A DNA stretch of 64,000 nucleotides from TPA_inf: Saccharomyces. Taxonomy: Eukaryota. This document shows, in pieces, positions 47,421 to 58,797 of the stretch; within the stretch, counting starts at the first letter, position 1, and each line of letters begins with the position of its first letter. The stretch spans positions 64,001 to 128,000 of the forward strand of contig BK006939.2 of NCBI GenBank assembly GCA_000146045.2, given 5' to 3'. Position numbers and translations under genes: made by a program. Under the pieces are notes generated by a model, which saw only the letters and a program-made list of their open reading frames with translations, did no database searches and had not been told where the DNA came from.

Positions 47421-50400
47421 ATGAGTGATAGGGAATTCGTCACGGTAGATCCCGTCACTATCATAATCAAAGAATGCATTAATTTATCGACAGCGATGCG
47501 GAAATACTCTAAATTTACCTCTCAATCTGGAGTGGCCGCTTTGCTGGGGGGAGGAAGTGAAATATTTAGCAATCAAGATGACTACTTGGCTCACACATTC
47601 AACAATTTGAATACCAACAAGCACAATGATCCATTTTTATCTGGATTCATTCAGTTAAGACTTATGTTGAATAAACTGAAAAATCTAGATAATATAGATT
47701 CACTAACCATATTGCAGCCATTTTTATTAATTGTGAGTACAAGTTCCATTTCTGGTTACATCACTTCCCTGGCCCTGGACTCTTTGCAGAAATTCTTTAC
47801 CTTGAATATCATCAATGAATCATCGCAAAACTATATTGGTGCACACAGGGCGACGGTAAATGCTCTAACACATTGTAGGTTTGAAGGATCTCAACAACTT
47901 TCTGATGATTCAGTTCTTTTGAAAGTCGTGTTTTTACTGCGTTCAATCGTCGACTCACCTTACGGAGATTTATTATCAAACTCTATCATATATGACGTAT
48001 TGCAAACGATTCTTTCATTGGCTTGTAATAACAGAAGGAGCGAAGTCCTTAGGAATGCTGCACAATCAACAATGATAGCCGTTACCGTAAAGATTTTCTC
48101 AAAACTAAAGACTATTGAGCCTGTTAATGTGAATCAAATATACATCAATGATGAAAGTTACACAAATGATGTATTGAAGGCCGATACAATTGGCACAAAT
48201 GTAGAATCCAAAGAAGAAGGAAGTCAAGAAGATCCCATCGGCATGAAAGTGAATAATGAGGAAGCTATTAGCGAGGACGATGGCATTGAAGAAGAGCATA
48301 TTCATTCAGAGAAGAGCACAAATGGCGCCGAACAACTAGATATTGTGCAAAAAACAACAAGATCAAATTCCAGGATCCAAGCGTATGCTGATGATAACTA
48401 TGGATTGCCCGTGGTTAGGCAATATTTAAACTTATTACTATCATTGATTGCGCCAGAAAATGAATTAAAACATTCATACTCCACTAGAATATTTGGCCTA
48501 GAGTTAATTCAAACGGCATTAGAAATTTCAGGTGATCGATTGCAGCTATACCCACGGCTTTTTACACTGATATCAGATCCTATTTTCAAAAGCATTTTGT
48601 TTATCATACAGAACACTACAAAATTATCACTACTTCAAGCTACATTGCAGCTATTTACTACTCTAGTTGTTATATTGGGCAACAACTTACAATTACAGAT
48701 CGAGCTCACTCTAACAAGAATATTTTCTATTCTTTTAGATGATGGTACCGCAAATAACTCGAGTTCTGAAAATAAGAACAAGCCATCAATAATAAAGGAA
48801 CTTCTAATTGAGCAAATATCCATCTTATGGACTAGGTCGCCATCTTTTTTTACTTCTACTTTTATCAATTTCGATTGTAATCTCGATAGGGCAGACGTTT
48901 CCATAAACTTTTTGAAGGCTTTGACTAAATTGGCCTTACCAGAATCCGCCTTAACTACCACAGAAAGTGTACCACCCATTTGCCTTGAGGGATTGGTCTC
49001 CCTAGTCGATGATATGTTCGATCACATGAAGGACATTGACAGAGAAGAATTTGGCAGGCAAAAGAATGAAATGGAAATCTTAAAAAAGAGGGACCGTAAA
49101 ACAGAGTTTATTGAATGTACCAATGCATTCAATGAAAAGCCCAAAAAGGGTATTCCGATGTTAATAGAAAAAGGTTTCATTGCTTCCGACTCCGATAAAG
49201 ATATTGCGGAGTTTCTTTTCAATAATAACAACCGTATGAATAAAAAAACAATCGGTTTGCTACTTTGCCATCCGGACAAAGTAAGCTTGTTGAATGAATA
49301 TATTCGTTTGTTTGATTTTTCAGGGTTAAGGGTCGATGAAGCTATTAGAATTTTGTTGACGAAATTTAGGTTGCCTGGTGAATCGCAACAAATTGAAAGA
49401 ATCATCGAAGCCTTCTCGTCTGCGTATTGTGAAAATCAAGATTACGATCCATCCAAAATCAGTGACAACGCGGAGGATGACATTTCTACTGTTCAACCAG
49501 ACGCTGATTCTGTTTTCATTTTAAGTTATTCAATTATTATGTTGAACACTGACCTACATAACCCTCAAGTGAAGGAACACATGTCATTTGAAGATTACTC
49601 TGGTAACTTAAAGGGATGCTGTAATCACAAAGACTTCCCATTCTGGTATTTGGATAGAATTTACTGTTCAATCAGAGATAAAGAAATTGTTATGCCTGAA
49701 GAGCACCACGGCAACGAAAAGTGGTTTGAAGATGCTTGGAATAACTTGATATCTTCAACTACTGTTATAACTGAAATAAAAAAAGACACACAATCTGTCA
49801 TGGATAAATTAACACCCTTGGAGCTTTTGAACTTTGATAGAGCAATTTTTAAACAAGTTGGCCCAAGTATTGTCAGTACTTTATTCAACATTTACGTAGT
49901 TGCATCTGATGACCATATATCTACCAGAATGATAACAAGTTTGGACAAATGTTCCTATATTTCCGCATTTTTTGACTTCAAAGATCTCTTTAATGATATA
50001 CTAAACTCCATTGCTAAGGGCACTACTTTGATTAATTCAAGCCATGACGATGAACTTTCAACTTTAGCTTTTGAATATGGCCCAATGCCACTGGTGCAAA
50101 TTAAATTCGAAGACACTAACACTGAGATCCCGGTTAGTACAGATGCTGTTAGATTTGGTAGATCATTTAAGGGTCAACTAAATACAGTTGTTTTTTTCCG
50201 GATTATTCGCAGGAACAAAGATCCTAAAATTTTCTCCAAGGAATTATGGTTAAACATTGTTAATATTATACTAACATTGTACGAAGACTTGATTTTGTCT
50301 CCTGATATTTTCCCTGATTTACAAAAAAGACTGAAATTAAGCAACTTGCCTAAGCCATCTCCTGAAATTTCTATTAACAAGAGCAAAGAAAGCAAAGGTC

Positions 50401-51800
50401 TCTTATCAACATTTGCTTCTTATTTAAAAGGTGATGAAGAACCCACAGAAGAGGAAATCAAATCCTCAAAAAAAGCGATGGAGTGCATAAAGTCGAGTAA
50501 TATTGCCGCCTCTGTCTTTGGAAATGAATCAAATATAACAGCGGATTTAATAAAAACTTTACTAGACTCCGCCAAAACTGAGAAAAACGCAGATAATTCC
50601 AGGTATTTTGAAGCAGAACTTTTATTTATCATCGAATTGACTATTGCATTATTTCTATTTTGCAAAGAGGAGAAAGAATTAGGAAAGTTCATACTTCAAA
50701 AAGTTTTCCAACTTTCTCACACGAAAGGCCTCACGAAAAGGACTGTTCGTAGAATGCTAACATACAAAATTTTGTTAATTTCGTTATGTGCGGATCAGAC
50801 GGAGTACTTGTCCAAATTAATAAACGATGAGCTGTTAAAAAAGGGGGATATTTTTACCCAAAAATTTTTTGCAACTAATCAAGGTAAGGAATTTTTGAAG
50901 AGACTATTTTCATTGACCGAATCAGAGTTTTATAGAGGATTTTTACTAGGAAATGAGAATTTTTGGAAATTTTTAAGAAAAGTTACAGCAATGAAAGAGC
51001 AGAGCGAGAGCATTTTTGAATATTTAAATGAATCGATCAAGACAGACAGCAATATTTTGACAAATGAGAACTTCATGTGGGTCCTAGGACTATTAGATGA
51101 AATTTCATCAATGGGTGCCGTTGGAAATCACTGGGAAATAGAATACAAGAAATTGACAGAAAGTGGTCATAAAATTGATAAGGAGAATCCATACAAGAAA
51201 TCGATCGAATTATCATTGAAATCCATTCAACTAACATCACACTTGCTGGAAGATAATAACGATCTGCGTAAAAACGAGATATTCGCTATTATTCAAGCTT
51301 TGGCACATCAATGCATCAATCCGTGTAAGCAGATAAGTGAATTTGCAGTGGTAACGCTAGAGCAGACGCTCATCAATAAAATCGAAATTCCAACTAATGA
51401 GATGGAATCGGTAGAAGAATTAATTGAGGGCGGATTACTACCGTTGCTAAATTCGAGTGAAACACAGGAAGACCAGAAAATCCTCATTTCATCCATATTA
51501 ACAATAATTTCAAATGTTTATTTGCATTATTTGAAACTAGGGAAGACAAGCAACGAAACGTTTTTGAAAATTTTGAGTATTTTCAATAAATTTGTAGAGG
51601 ACTCAGATATTGAAAAAAAGCTACAGCAATTAATACTTGATAAGAAGAGTATTGAGAAGGGCAACGGTTCATCATCTCATGGATCTGCACATGAACAAAC
51701 ACCAGAGTCAAACGACGTTGAAATTGAGGCTACTGCGCCAATTGATGACAATACAGACGATGATAACAAACCGAAGTTATCTGATGTAGAAAAGGATTAA
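47421..51800 (+). CDS. GEA2: Arf guanine-nucleotide exchange factor of the GBF1/Gea family (Sec7 domain), 1459 aa
   Basis: The Sec7 catalytic region includes the FRLPGESQQIERI motif with the glutamic finger. 1459 aa matches GEA2 (YEL022W). Confidence 0.93.
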   Translation: MSDREFVTVDPVTIIIKECINLSTAMRKYSKFTSQSGVAALLGGGSEIFSNQDDYLAHTFNNLNTNKHNDPFLSGFIQLRLMLNKLKNLDNIDSLTILQPFLLIVSTSSISGYITSLALDSLQKFFTLNIINESSQNYIGAHRATVNALTHCRFEGSQQLSDDSVLLKVVFLLRSIVDSPYGDLLSNSIIYDVLQTILSLACNNRRSEVLRNAAQSTMIAVTVKIFSKLKTIEPVNVNQIYINDESYTNDVLKADTIGTNVESKEEGSQEDPIGMKVNNEEAISEDDGIEEEHIHSEKSTNGAEQLDIVQKTTRSNSRIQAYADDNYGLPVVRQYLNLLLSLIAPENELKHSYSTRIFGLELIQTALEISGDRLQLYPRLFTLISDPIFKSILFIIQNTTKLSLLQATLQLFTTLVVILGNNLQLQIELTLTRIFSILLDDGTANNSSSENKNKPSIIKELLIEQISILWTRSPSFFTSTFINFDCNLDRADVSINFLKALTKLALPESALTTTESVPPICLEGLVSLVDDMFDHMKDIDREEFGRQKNEMEILKKRDRKTEFIECTNAFNEKPKKGIPMLIEKGFIASDSDKDIAEFLFNNNNRMNKKTIGLLLCHPDKVSLLNEYIRLFDFSGLRVDEAIRILLTKFRLPGESQQIERIIEAFSSAYCENQDYDPSKISDNAEDDISTVQPDADSVFILSYSIIMLNTDLHNPQVKEHMSFEDYSGNLKGCCNHKDFPFWYLDRIYCSIRDKEIVMPEEHHGNEKWFEDAWNNLISSTTVITEIKKDTQSVMDKLTPLELLNFDRAIFKQVGPSIVSTLFNIYVVASDDHISTRMITSLDKCSYISAFFDFKDLFNDILNSIAKGTTLINSSHDDELSTLAFEYGPMPLVQIKFEDTNTEIPVSTDAVRFGRSFKGQLNTVVFFRIIRRNKDPKIFSKELWLNIVNIILTLYEDLILSPDIFPDLQKRLKLSNLPKPSPEISINKSKESKGLLSTFASYLKGDEEPTEEEIKSSKKAMECIKSSNIAASVFGNESNITADLIKTLLDSAKTEKNADNSRYFEAELLFIIELTIALFLFCKEEKELGKFILQKVFQLSHTKGLTKRTVRRMLTYKILLISLCADQTEYLSKLINDELLKKGDIFTQKFFATNQGKEFLKRLFSLTESEFYRGFLLGNENFWKFLRKVTAMKEQSESIFEYLNESIKTDSNILTNENFMWVLGLLDEISSMGAVGNHWEIEYKKLTESGHKIDKENPYKKSIELSLKSIQLTSHLLEDNNDLRKNEIFAIIQALAHQCINPCKQISEFAVVTLEQTLINKIEIPTNEMESVEELIEGGLLPLLNSSETQEDQKILISSILTIISNVYLHYLKLGKTSNETFLKILSIFNKFVEDSDIEKKLQQLILDKKSIEKGNGSSSHGSAHEQTPESNDVEIEATAPIDDNTDDDNKPKLSDVEKD

Positions 51801-52166
51801 AGATGCTAAGAGATAGTGATGATATTTCATAAATAATGTAATTCTATATATGTTAATTACCTTTTTTGCGAGGCATATTTATGGTGAAGGATAAGTTTTG
51901 ACCATCAAAGAAGGTTAATGTGGCTGTGGTTTCAGGGTCCATAAAGCTTTTCAATTCATCTTTTTTTTTTTTGTTCTTTTTTTTGATTCCGGTTTCTTTG
52001 AAATTTTTTTGATTCGGTAATCTCCGAGCAGAAGGAAGAACGAAGGAAGGAGCACAGACTTAGATTGGTATATATACGCATATGTGGTGTTGAAGAAACA
52101 TGAAATTGCCCAGTATTCTTAACCCAACTGCACAGAACAAAAACCTGCAGGAAACGAAGATAAATC

Positions 52167-52970
52167 ATGTCGAAAGCTACATATAAGGAACGTGCTGCTA
52201 CTCATCCTAGTCCTGTTGCTGCCAAGCTATTTAATATCATGCACGAAAAGCAAACAAACTTGTGTGCTTCATTGGATGTTCGTACCACCAAGGAATTACT
52301 GGAGTTAGTTGAAGCATTAGGTCCCAAAATTTGTTTACTAAAAACACATGTGGATATCTTGACTGATTTTTCCATGGAGGGCACAGTTAAGCCGCTAAAG
52401 GCATTATCCGCCAAGTACAATTTTTTACTCTTCGAAGACAGAAAATTTGCTGACATTGGTAATACAGTCAAATTGCAGTACTCTGCGGGTGTATACAGAA
52501 TAGCAGAATGGGCAGACATTACGAATGCACACGGTGTGGTGGGCCCAGGTATTGTTAGCGGTTTGAAGCAGGCGGCGGAAGAAGTAACAAAGGAACCTAG
52601 AGGCCTTTTGATGTTAGCAGAATTGTCATGCAAGGGCTCCCTAGCTACTGGAGAATATACTAAGGGTACTGTTGACATTGCGAAGAGCGACAAAGATTTT
52701 GTTATCGGCTTTATTGCTCAAAGAGACATGGGTGGAAGAGATGAAGGTTACGATTGGTTGATTATGACACCCGGTGTGGGTTTAGATGACAAGGGAGACG
52801 CATTGGGTCAACAGTATAGAACCGTGGATGATGTGGTCTCTACAGGATCTGACATTATTATTGTTGGAAGAGGACTATTTGCAAAGGGAAGGGATGCTAA
52901 GGTAGAGGGTGAACGTTACAGAAAAGCAGGCTGGGAAGCATATTTGAGAAGATGCGGCCAGCAAAACTAA
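52167..52970 (+). CDS. URA3: Orotidine-5'-phosphate decarboxylase, 267 aa
   Basis: Exact remembered URA3 protein ([38 protein letters not shown]...; catalytic [11 protein letters not shown]). Confidence 0.99.
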   Translation: MSKATYKERAATHPSPVAAKLFNIMHEKQTNLCASLDVRTTKELLELVEALGPKICLLKTHVDILTDFSMEGTVKPLKALSAKYNFLLFEDRKFADIGNTVKLQYSAGVYRIAEWADITNAHGVVGPGIVSGLKQAAEEVTKEPRGLLMLAELSCKGSLATGEYTKGTVDIAKSDKDFVIGFIAQRDMGGRDEGYDWLIMTPGVGLDDKGDALGQQYRTVDDVVSTGSDIIIVGRGLFAKGRDAKVEGERYRKAGWEAYLRRCGQQN

Positions 52971-53210
52971 AAAACTGTATTATAAGTAAATGCATGTATA
53001 CTAAACTCACAAATTAGAGCTTCAATTTAATTATATCAGTTATTACCCGGGAATCTCGGTCGTAATGATTTCTATAATGACGAAAAAAAAAAAATTGGAA
53101 AGAAAAAGCTTCATGGCCTTTATAAAAAGGAACTATCCAATACCTCGCCAGAACCAAGTAACAGTATTTTACGGGGCACAAATCAAGAACAATAAGACAG
53201 GACTGTAAAG

Positions 53211-53474
53211 ATGGACGCATTGAACTCCAAAGAACAACAAGAGTTCCAAAAAGTAGTGGAACAAAAGCAAATGAAGGATTTCATGCGTTTGTACTCTAAT
53301 CTGGTAGAAAGATGTTTCACAGACTGTGTCAATGACTTCACAACATCAAAGCTAACCAATAAGGAACAAACATGCATCATGAAGTGCTCAGAAAAGTTCT
53401 TGAAGCATAGCGAACGTGTAGGGCAGCGTTTCCAAGAACAAAACGCTGCCTTGGGACAAGGCTTGGGCCGATAA
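53211..53474 (+). CDS. TIM9: Mitochondrial intermembrane-space small Tim chaperone, 87 aa
   Basis: Twin CX3C motif (CFTDC ... CIMKC). 87 aa; YEL020W-A. Confidence 0.96.
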   Translation: MDALNSKEQQEFQKVVEQKQMKDFMRLYSNLVERCFTDCVNDFTTSKLTNKEQTCIMKCSEKFLKHSERVGQRFQEQNAALGQGLGR

Positions 53475-53632
53475 GGTGTACTGGCGTATATATATCTAAT
53501 TATGTATCTCTGGTGTAGCCCATTTTTAGCATGTAAATATAAAGAGAAACCATATCTAATCTAACCAAATCCAAACAAAATTCAATAGTTACTATCGCTT
53601 TTTTCTTTCTGTATCGCAAATAAGTGAAAATT

Positions 53633-53638
53633 AAAAAA
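53633..53638 (-). terminator. Pol III oligo(dT) terminator of RPR1 (TTTTTT on the minus strand, about 28 nt past the mature 3' end)
   Basis: A6 run on the plus strand equals T6 on the transcribed strand, positioned after the 3' trailer. Confidence 0.65.
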
Positions 53639-53666
53639 GAAAGATTAAATTGGAAGTTGGATATGG

Positions 53667-54035
53667 GCTGGAACAGCAGCAGTAATCGGTATCGGGTTCG
53701 CCACTAATGACGTCCTACGATTGCACTCAACAGACCTTGACGCTCACGCCGTAGCGGGCGACAAGTCAAACGGAACAACCGTTGCCGTTCCCATCGGAGT
53801 CCGACCTAGGCCGAACTCCGTGAATTTCTGATAACAACGGTCGGTAAAGACTGGTTCCCCAGTATATTTCTTCTCTCAGGAGCAGGGGCCAATGCCAAAA
53901 GCGACATTAACCCGGAGGACAAGGCTCCACTGTGTTCCACCGAATTTCCCACCTGATAATATCTGATAACCCGCCCATAGGTGGGGATCCTTCTGTAAAC
54001 AGGTTTCTTAATCGTAGGAATTACCACTGTTCCAC
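53667..54035 (-). ncRNA. RPR1: RNase P RNA (nuclear), mature ~369 nt; ends +/- a few nt
   Basis: The minus strand reads GTGGAACAGTGGTAATTCCTACGATTAAGAAACCTGTTTACAGAAGGATCCCCACCTATGGGCGGGTTATCAGATATTATCAGGTGGGAAATTCGGTGGAACACAGTGGAGCC..., the remembered RPR1 sequence. The P1 helix closes with ...CUGUUCCAGCC. This GC-rich block lies in an AT-rich intergenic region. Confidence 0.9.
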
Positions 54036-54119
54036 TGCCAATCGCAGCTCCCAGAGTTTCGTTCCCAGCCGCGAGCACCACAGCGTACCATGTGCGCCAC
54101 GAGGCCTCAAACGTAAAAC
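54036..54119 (-). promoter_or_regulatory. RPR1 5' leader (~84 nt) carrying the internal-type pol III promoter (A-box-like GTGGCGCACATGG, B-box-like GGGAACGAAACTC)
   Basis: Known architecture: the RPR1 promoter lies in the transcribed leader, which is removed during maturation. The motifs are read on the minus strand. Confidence 0.7.
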
Positions 54120-54577
54120 AATCGAAACGAAAAGAAACAGACTATAGGGGAGTATAGAGACAGCCGGCCAATAAGAAGAGGAAAAAGAAATACTAGCGTT
54201 TATCAATGTGGGTCGTTAACATATCCTGTTGACAATGATTACAGGTTAAAAGGTAGCGTAAGTGAATATTAACTATGGATATTCTTATACTTAGATAAGA
54301 GACATATAAAACACACGATGATTGATTGATTTTTATGACCAATATATGTAATTCGTAATTCAGATAGTTTTTATACTTTTAATGTGTGCCGAACCATATT
54401 ACTAGTATATGTAACTACCATGTTATGTTCAATTGGCAGATCTTTAACTCGGCTTTAGTTATCCAAGTTACTTGCAATATTTCCTTCTGCGAGAGTACAT
54501 TTGCCCTTAAACGTATACGAGGTATTCATTAATGTGTGTTGTAAGTATTTAGATTGACATCTATAAGAGAGATGAAC

Positions 54578-54604
54578 ATATATATATATATATATATATA
54601 TATA
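54578..54604 (+). repeat. (TA)13 dinucleotide repeat just downstream of the PXP1 stop
   Basis: Direct reading. Confidence 0.95.
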
Positions 54605-54616
54605 CATGCATATTTA

Positions 54617-56299
54617 CTATAAACGCGGTTTATTCTGCCAGGCAAAGGCAATTTGCTTTTGTTCGCCAGGCTCAATGATAACGTTGATGACACTTGTTTC
54701 TCTTTTAGTCCGAGAAAGCTGCACGGCTTGTTGGAAGCATCTGCTCAGTTCGCTTATTGTGTTGACAAAAAAATCATTGGCACCCAGTCCTTTGCCTACG
54801 AGATCGTAACGGCAGTTCTTGCTTAGTGCCGTTGGAGGTAAATCACCCTCTATATCCTTTTCTCCATGGTAAATACCGCTATTGTTCATCACAACGATGA
54901 CCAATGCCAGCTGACACCTTACTGCCGTTTCAATTTCCATGGCAGAGAATCCAAATGCGGAATCACCCTGAATCAGCACCACATCGAGTTCCGGATGAGA
55001 TGCCTTGCATGCAAGAGCATATCCGAGCCCAATCCCCATAGTCGCGTTGGTCCCTGCGTCTAAACGGCGCCTTGGAGCGTCTGTAGGGAATGAAATACGC
55101 GCAATATCCATAGTATTTGCTCCCTCCGTCACAAGTATTGTCCTGTAATCATCGATAAGAGGCCTCAATGTTCCATAAACCTGGTTGTAATTCAATTGTG
55201 CCCCTCTAGTCTTCTCTTTCCTCAATAGACGAGTTTGATTCAGTTGAATTTTCTCTCGTATTTCTTGCTTAACACCACTATACTTCCAGCAGGAATCTTG
55301 GCGAGTCAATTCCTCAACTAAAGCGGTTACGCTCAAGCCTATATCTCCCCATATGGAAAGGTCAGCACCAGGTGAGACATTGTTATCCCCCAAGGTTTCG
55401 GGATTGGAATCGAACTGGATGAATATGGATTCTGAGTTCCATTTGGGTGAAGTACCAAAATGCAATATCCAGTTTAATCTTGCCCCGAGAACAAGAACAA
55501 TATCCGCTATTTTCAATGCTTGAGATCTTGCAGATGAAACGTTCAGTGGAGAAGAGTCTGGGACAATTCCCTTAGCCATTGGGGTGGGTAAAAATGGTAG
55601 ATTGAACGTATTTACTAGTCTGCGGATTTCGTGTGAGTTTTTTACCGCACCCTTTCCAATAACAATCAGAATATTTTTATTTTTATGTTGCAAAATAAGC
55701 TGTACGACTTTTTTGATCTTCGACGGATCAGGGCCACATATGTTTGGAGTTAATATCATCGGTAATTCATTTCCTGTACGGTCGTTTCCTTCTAAGGGTT
55801 TTTCATACTCAATAAAATCTGCAGGGACGTCTATGTAAGAAACCCCTGCAGTGCCTTGTATACAGTAATTCAAAGCCTTCTGAGTAATCATGTCAATATT
55901 GTCAGGGGTTAACTTTCCGGTAAACTTCAAAAATGGGGACAAAAGACTAACTTGATCCAACTCTTGAAACCCGCCTTTATGTATATCACTTTGAGAAGAA
56001 CTCCCTGCAATTACTAGAAGAGGCCACCTATTACTCATTGAGTTGTATATACCAGCCAGTGCGTGGATTAAACCGGGGCCCCCGACAATAAGTAACACGC
56101 CGGGCTTATCACTAATATAACCATAAGCAGAGGCTGCATATGAGGCAGCCTGTTCGTTCCTGCATGGAATGAATTTGATACCGTTGGCAACCATCGTATC
56201 CGCTAGTTGGACAATAGGGATGCCCACAATTCCAAAGACTGTGTCGATGCCATATTTTTGTAAAAGTTGAGCGAAGTGTTGGGTAGCGGTCGTGGTCAT
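54617..56299 (-). CDS. PXP1: Peroxisomal thiamine-pyrophosphate enzyme (2-hydroxyacyl-CoA lyase-like), 560 aa; start at internal Met MTTTATQHF...
   Basis: TPP-enzyme family layout (an N-terminal pyrimidine-binding domain, a C-terminal GDSAFGFSAMEIETA TPP-binding region). 560 aa from the ATG at 56299 matches YEL020C. The track ORF runs 42 codons further upstream. Confidence 0.85.
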   Translation of the reverse strand: MTTTATQHFAQLLQKYGIDTVFGIVGIPIVQLADTMVANGIKFIPCRNEQAASYAASAYGYISDKPGVLLIVGGPGLIHALAGIYNSMSNRWPLLVIAGSSSQSDIHKGGFQELDQVSLLSPFLKFTGKLTPDNIDMITQKALNYCIQGTAGVSYIDVPADFIEYEKPLEGNDRTGNELPMILTPNICGPDPSKIKKVVQLILQHKNKNILIVIGKGAVKNSHEIRRLVNTFNLPFLPTPMAKGIVPDSSPLNVSSARSQALKIADIVLVLGARLNWILHFGTSPKWNSESIFIQFDSNPETLGDNNVSPGADLSIWGDIGLSVTALVEELTRQDSCWKYSGVKQEIREKIQLNQTRLLRKEKTRGAQLNYNQVYGTLRPLIDDYRTILVTEGANTMDIARISFPTDAPRRRLDAGTNATMGIGLGYALACKASHPELDVVLIQGDSAFGFSAMEIETAVRCQLALVIVVMNNSGIYHGEKDIEGDLPPTALSKNCRYDLVGKGLGANDFFVNTISELSRCFQQAVQLSRTKRETSVINVIIEPGEQKQIAFAWQNKPRL

Positions 56300-56497
56300 A
56301 TTGATGGATGGTTGTGACGGTTTGAATGTAGAGAGTATATTCTTCTTATCACATAAAAGTAACCAATGCCTTTTTTTTCCTTTATATATAATGTGGTTAT
56401 ATACCAACCTTTTGTAAATTTCCAACTTTTTTCTTTAGTTAGCTTTGCTTGAACTTCGGGCCGAAGGGCTCGGATAAGAGAAACAATAATTTTGTTT

Positions 56498-57301
56498 TCA
56501 TAAAACATCGATGGCTTGACTACTTCTTTTATCCTGTTCCTGAGATTCTTTCATCTTGGCGATCTTACACCTTAGTTCCATAATAGGGTCTCTTACAAAA
56601 TCCCTCATTGAAACGACTTGAGAACACGCTGCTTGCGGGCAATCTCTTGTCGTGTATCCTTGTAAATAGTTTTGAATGCCGTCTCTATCGAAGACGTGAT
56701 TACATTTTCTTGATATCAATGGTGCTTCGTAAGGTTTGCAGGTGATAGGACAAGTCAATTCAATTTTACCACCTTCTATTTGTAGATCGTCTTCGTCTGC
56801 GGGGTTTTGCAGATCCGGTATTACACAAGTTGGATCATTCCATATGTACGGCAACACTTTTAGTATCTTGAGTGTATCTGTGTTATTAACCATGGTTGCA
56901 GGCTCTGGTGTGGGCATATTTAGATATAATTCAGATAATTTGGGAGCGGTGAGTTCTCCGGTACGATATTTATCCCAGGTAGAAAGGTCGATTTGCGGAC
57001 AGGCATCTGAGGATTGTTTGAAATTTTTTTTTAAATCTTTAATATGTTCGTCAAATGAGTTGGATTCCGATTCGTATGTCGAGAGGAGTTTGTAGGTGCT
57101 AGTAATATCTGCGACCTGCTCTTCAATGCCGATGGTGGAAGGAGATGTAGAATCCACTAATTGATTTATGGTCTCATCAATTTGTTTGTAGCATTGTTGA
57201 TATATATTTGATAAGTCTCGGGCATGTAAATTATGGAAGTACTTACCTGATTTTGGGTGTAGAGGAACTGACTTGGGTATAGGATTATCGTTCAAGGCCA
57301 T
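56498..57301 (-). CDS. MMS21: SUMO E3 ligase subunit of the Smc5/6 complex (SP-RING), 267 aa; start at internal Met MALNDNPIP...
   Basis: C-terminal SP-RING cysteines/histidine (CPITCKPYEAPLISRKCNHVFDRDGIQNY...CPQAAC). 267 aa from 57301 matches YEL019C. Confidence 0.88.
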   Translation of the reverse strand: MALNDNPIPKSVPLHPKSGKYFHNLHARDLSNIYQQCYKQIDETINQLVDSTSPSTIGIEEQVADITSTYKLLSTYESESNSFDEHIKDLKKNFKQSSDACPQIDLSTWDKYRTGELTAPKLSELYLNMPTPEPATMVNNTDTLKILKVLPYIWNDPTCVIPDLQNPADEDDLQIEGGKIELTCPITCKPYEAPLISRKCNHVFDRDGIQNYLQGYTTRDCPQAACSQVVSMRDFVRDPIMELRCKIAKMKESQEQDKRSSQAIDVL

Positions 57302-57470
57302 TTTTAAAGTTATTCTTTTTTTATATAGTCTTGCCTTGGTTTCTTTAACTGACACGATTATTTTAGCAAGTTTTTTTCTACACAGGAAAAGAGGAAGAAA
57401 ATAACCAGAGAAGCACTGGTAAAAAGATACTTCTGCGTGCCGGAGTAACCAGAATCAAAGGAACGCATAG

Positions 57471-58310
57471 ATGGATAAAGAGGTAAGTGAATTGGTAGTG
57501 TTGCAGCTAATACACACTTTAATTTCCAACAAGAATGAAGAACTGGTTAGGAACGGGGGAGGAATCAACATGATTGGGAATAATCTTCGAATATCGCTAG
57601 TCAAGTTGACTAACGAAATACAAAACAATTTGCTAATCAACGAGCTGACAAATTTAAGAAGGCAAAGCAACGTGGCAAATGGAAACAGGAAACTGGGCAT
57701 CAACGATATCCTGACCATAGTTAAGAATTTATTCCCAGAGTACAGAACAACACTAAACGATGGACAACTTAGTCTACACGGTTTGGAAATGCATGATATC
57801 GAGAAGCTCCTTGACGAAAAGTACGATCGATTCAAGAAAACGCAGGTCGAACAAATAAGGATGATGGAGGATGAGATATTGAAGAACGGTATAAAGACCG
57901 GTGCATCGCAACTGCAACCACATGCAAATGCTGGCAAAAGTGGATCTGCTGGTACCAGTGCTACTATAACTACGACTACGCCACACATGGCGCATTCAAT
58001 GGACCCAAAAAGAGAAAAACTATTGAAATTATACAGAGATACCGTTCTGAATAAATTGGAAAGTAAAACTGGGAATTTTCAGAAGCTATTCAAGAGTCCC
58101 GATGGTAGCATTATCAAGAATGAGATAAATTACGAAGACATAAAGAACGAAACGCCCGGCAGCGTTCATGAACTGCAGCTGATTCTTCAAAAGAGCATAA
58201 CGGACGGTGTAATGCGAAAGGTCATTGGTACGGACGACTGGAAATTGGCTAGACAAGTGCAGTTTGAATTGGATGATACGGTGCAGTTCATGAGAAGAGC
58301 ACTAGAGTAA
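57471..58310 (+). CDS. EAF5: NuA4 histone acetyltransferase complex non-essential subunit, 279 aa
   Basis: Length and position match YEL018W. No catalytic motif. The identification is partly from gene order. Confidence 0.8.
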   Translation: MDKEVSELVVLQLIHTLISNKNEELVRNGGGINMIGNNLRISLVKLTNEIQNNLLINELTNLRRQSNVANGNRKLGINDILTIVKNLFPEYRTTLNDGQLSLHGLEMHDIEKLLDEKYDRFKKTQVEQIRMMEDEILKNGIKTGASQLQPHANAGKSGSAGTSATITTTTPHMAHSMDPKREKLLKLYRDTVLNKLESKTGNFQKLFKSPDGSIIKNEINYEDIKNETPGSVHELQLILQKSITDGVMRKVIGTDDWKLARQVQFELDDTVQFMRRALE

Positions 58311-58797
58311 GGAGATAGTAGGCGACACTTCGAAAATCTAAAGTCTTGTAACATTACTATTATATACTATTTTATTAAAAAAATACACACACAATTCTTT
58401 AACAGAACAATATATAACAAATGAAGCGACATGTTTCTCAAAAAAAAACATAGTAGGTAGGTAAAAATGGGAAAGAACGGGACAAACAAAACGAAGAGCA
58501 GGGTGTATTTGCCCACACACGGCAAACAACATCCATTCACGCCCGCATGCCCAAAACTTTTTTGCGATAAAACGCCCACGCAAATCACATCGTTCCAACA
58601 GAGGAATCGAACAGCACAGATACAAAGTAGGAATATAGCACACACACAGGAAAAATTAATTAATTATTAGAAATTAAAAGGGTTGGGGAGAAAAGAGGTC
58701 TAATTTATTCATTAATATTCAGTAATTGAAAAAAAAAAAAAAAAGAGGATAACTAAGAGAAAACAACATCAAGCTCGTTTGGCTTGCTAGTGATCGC

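Noticed and set aside
53806-54206. Track ORFs 53806..54081 (-), 53932..54147 (+) and 54021..54206 (-)
   Set aside because: They overlap the RNase P RNA gene RPR1 and its leader; they are GC-rich RNA-gene artefacts.
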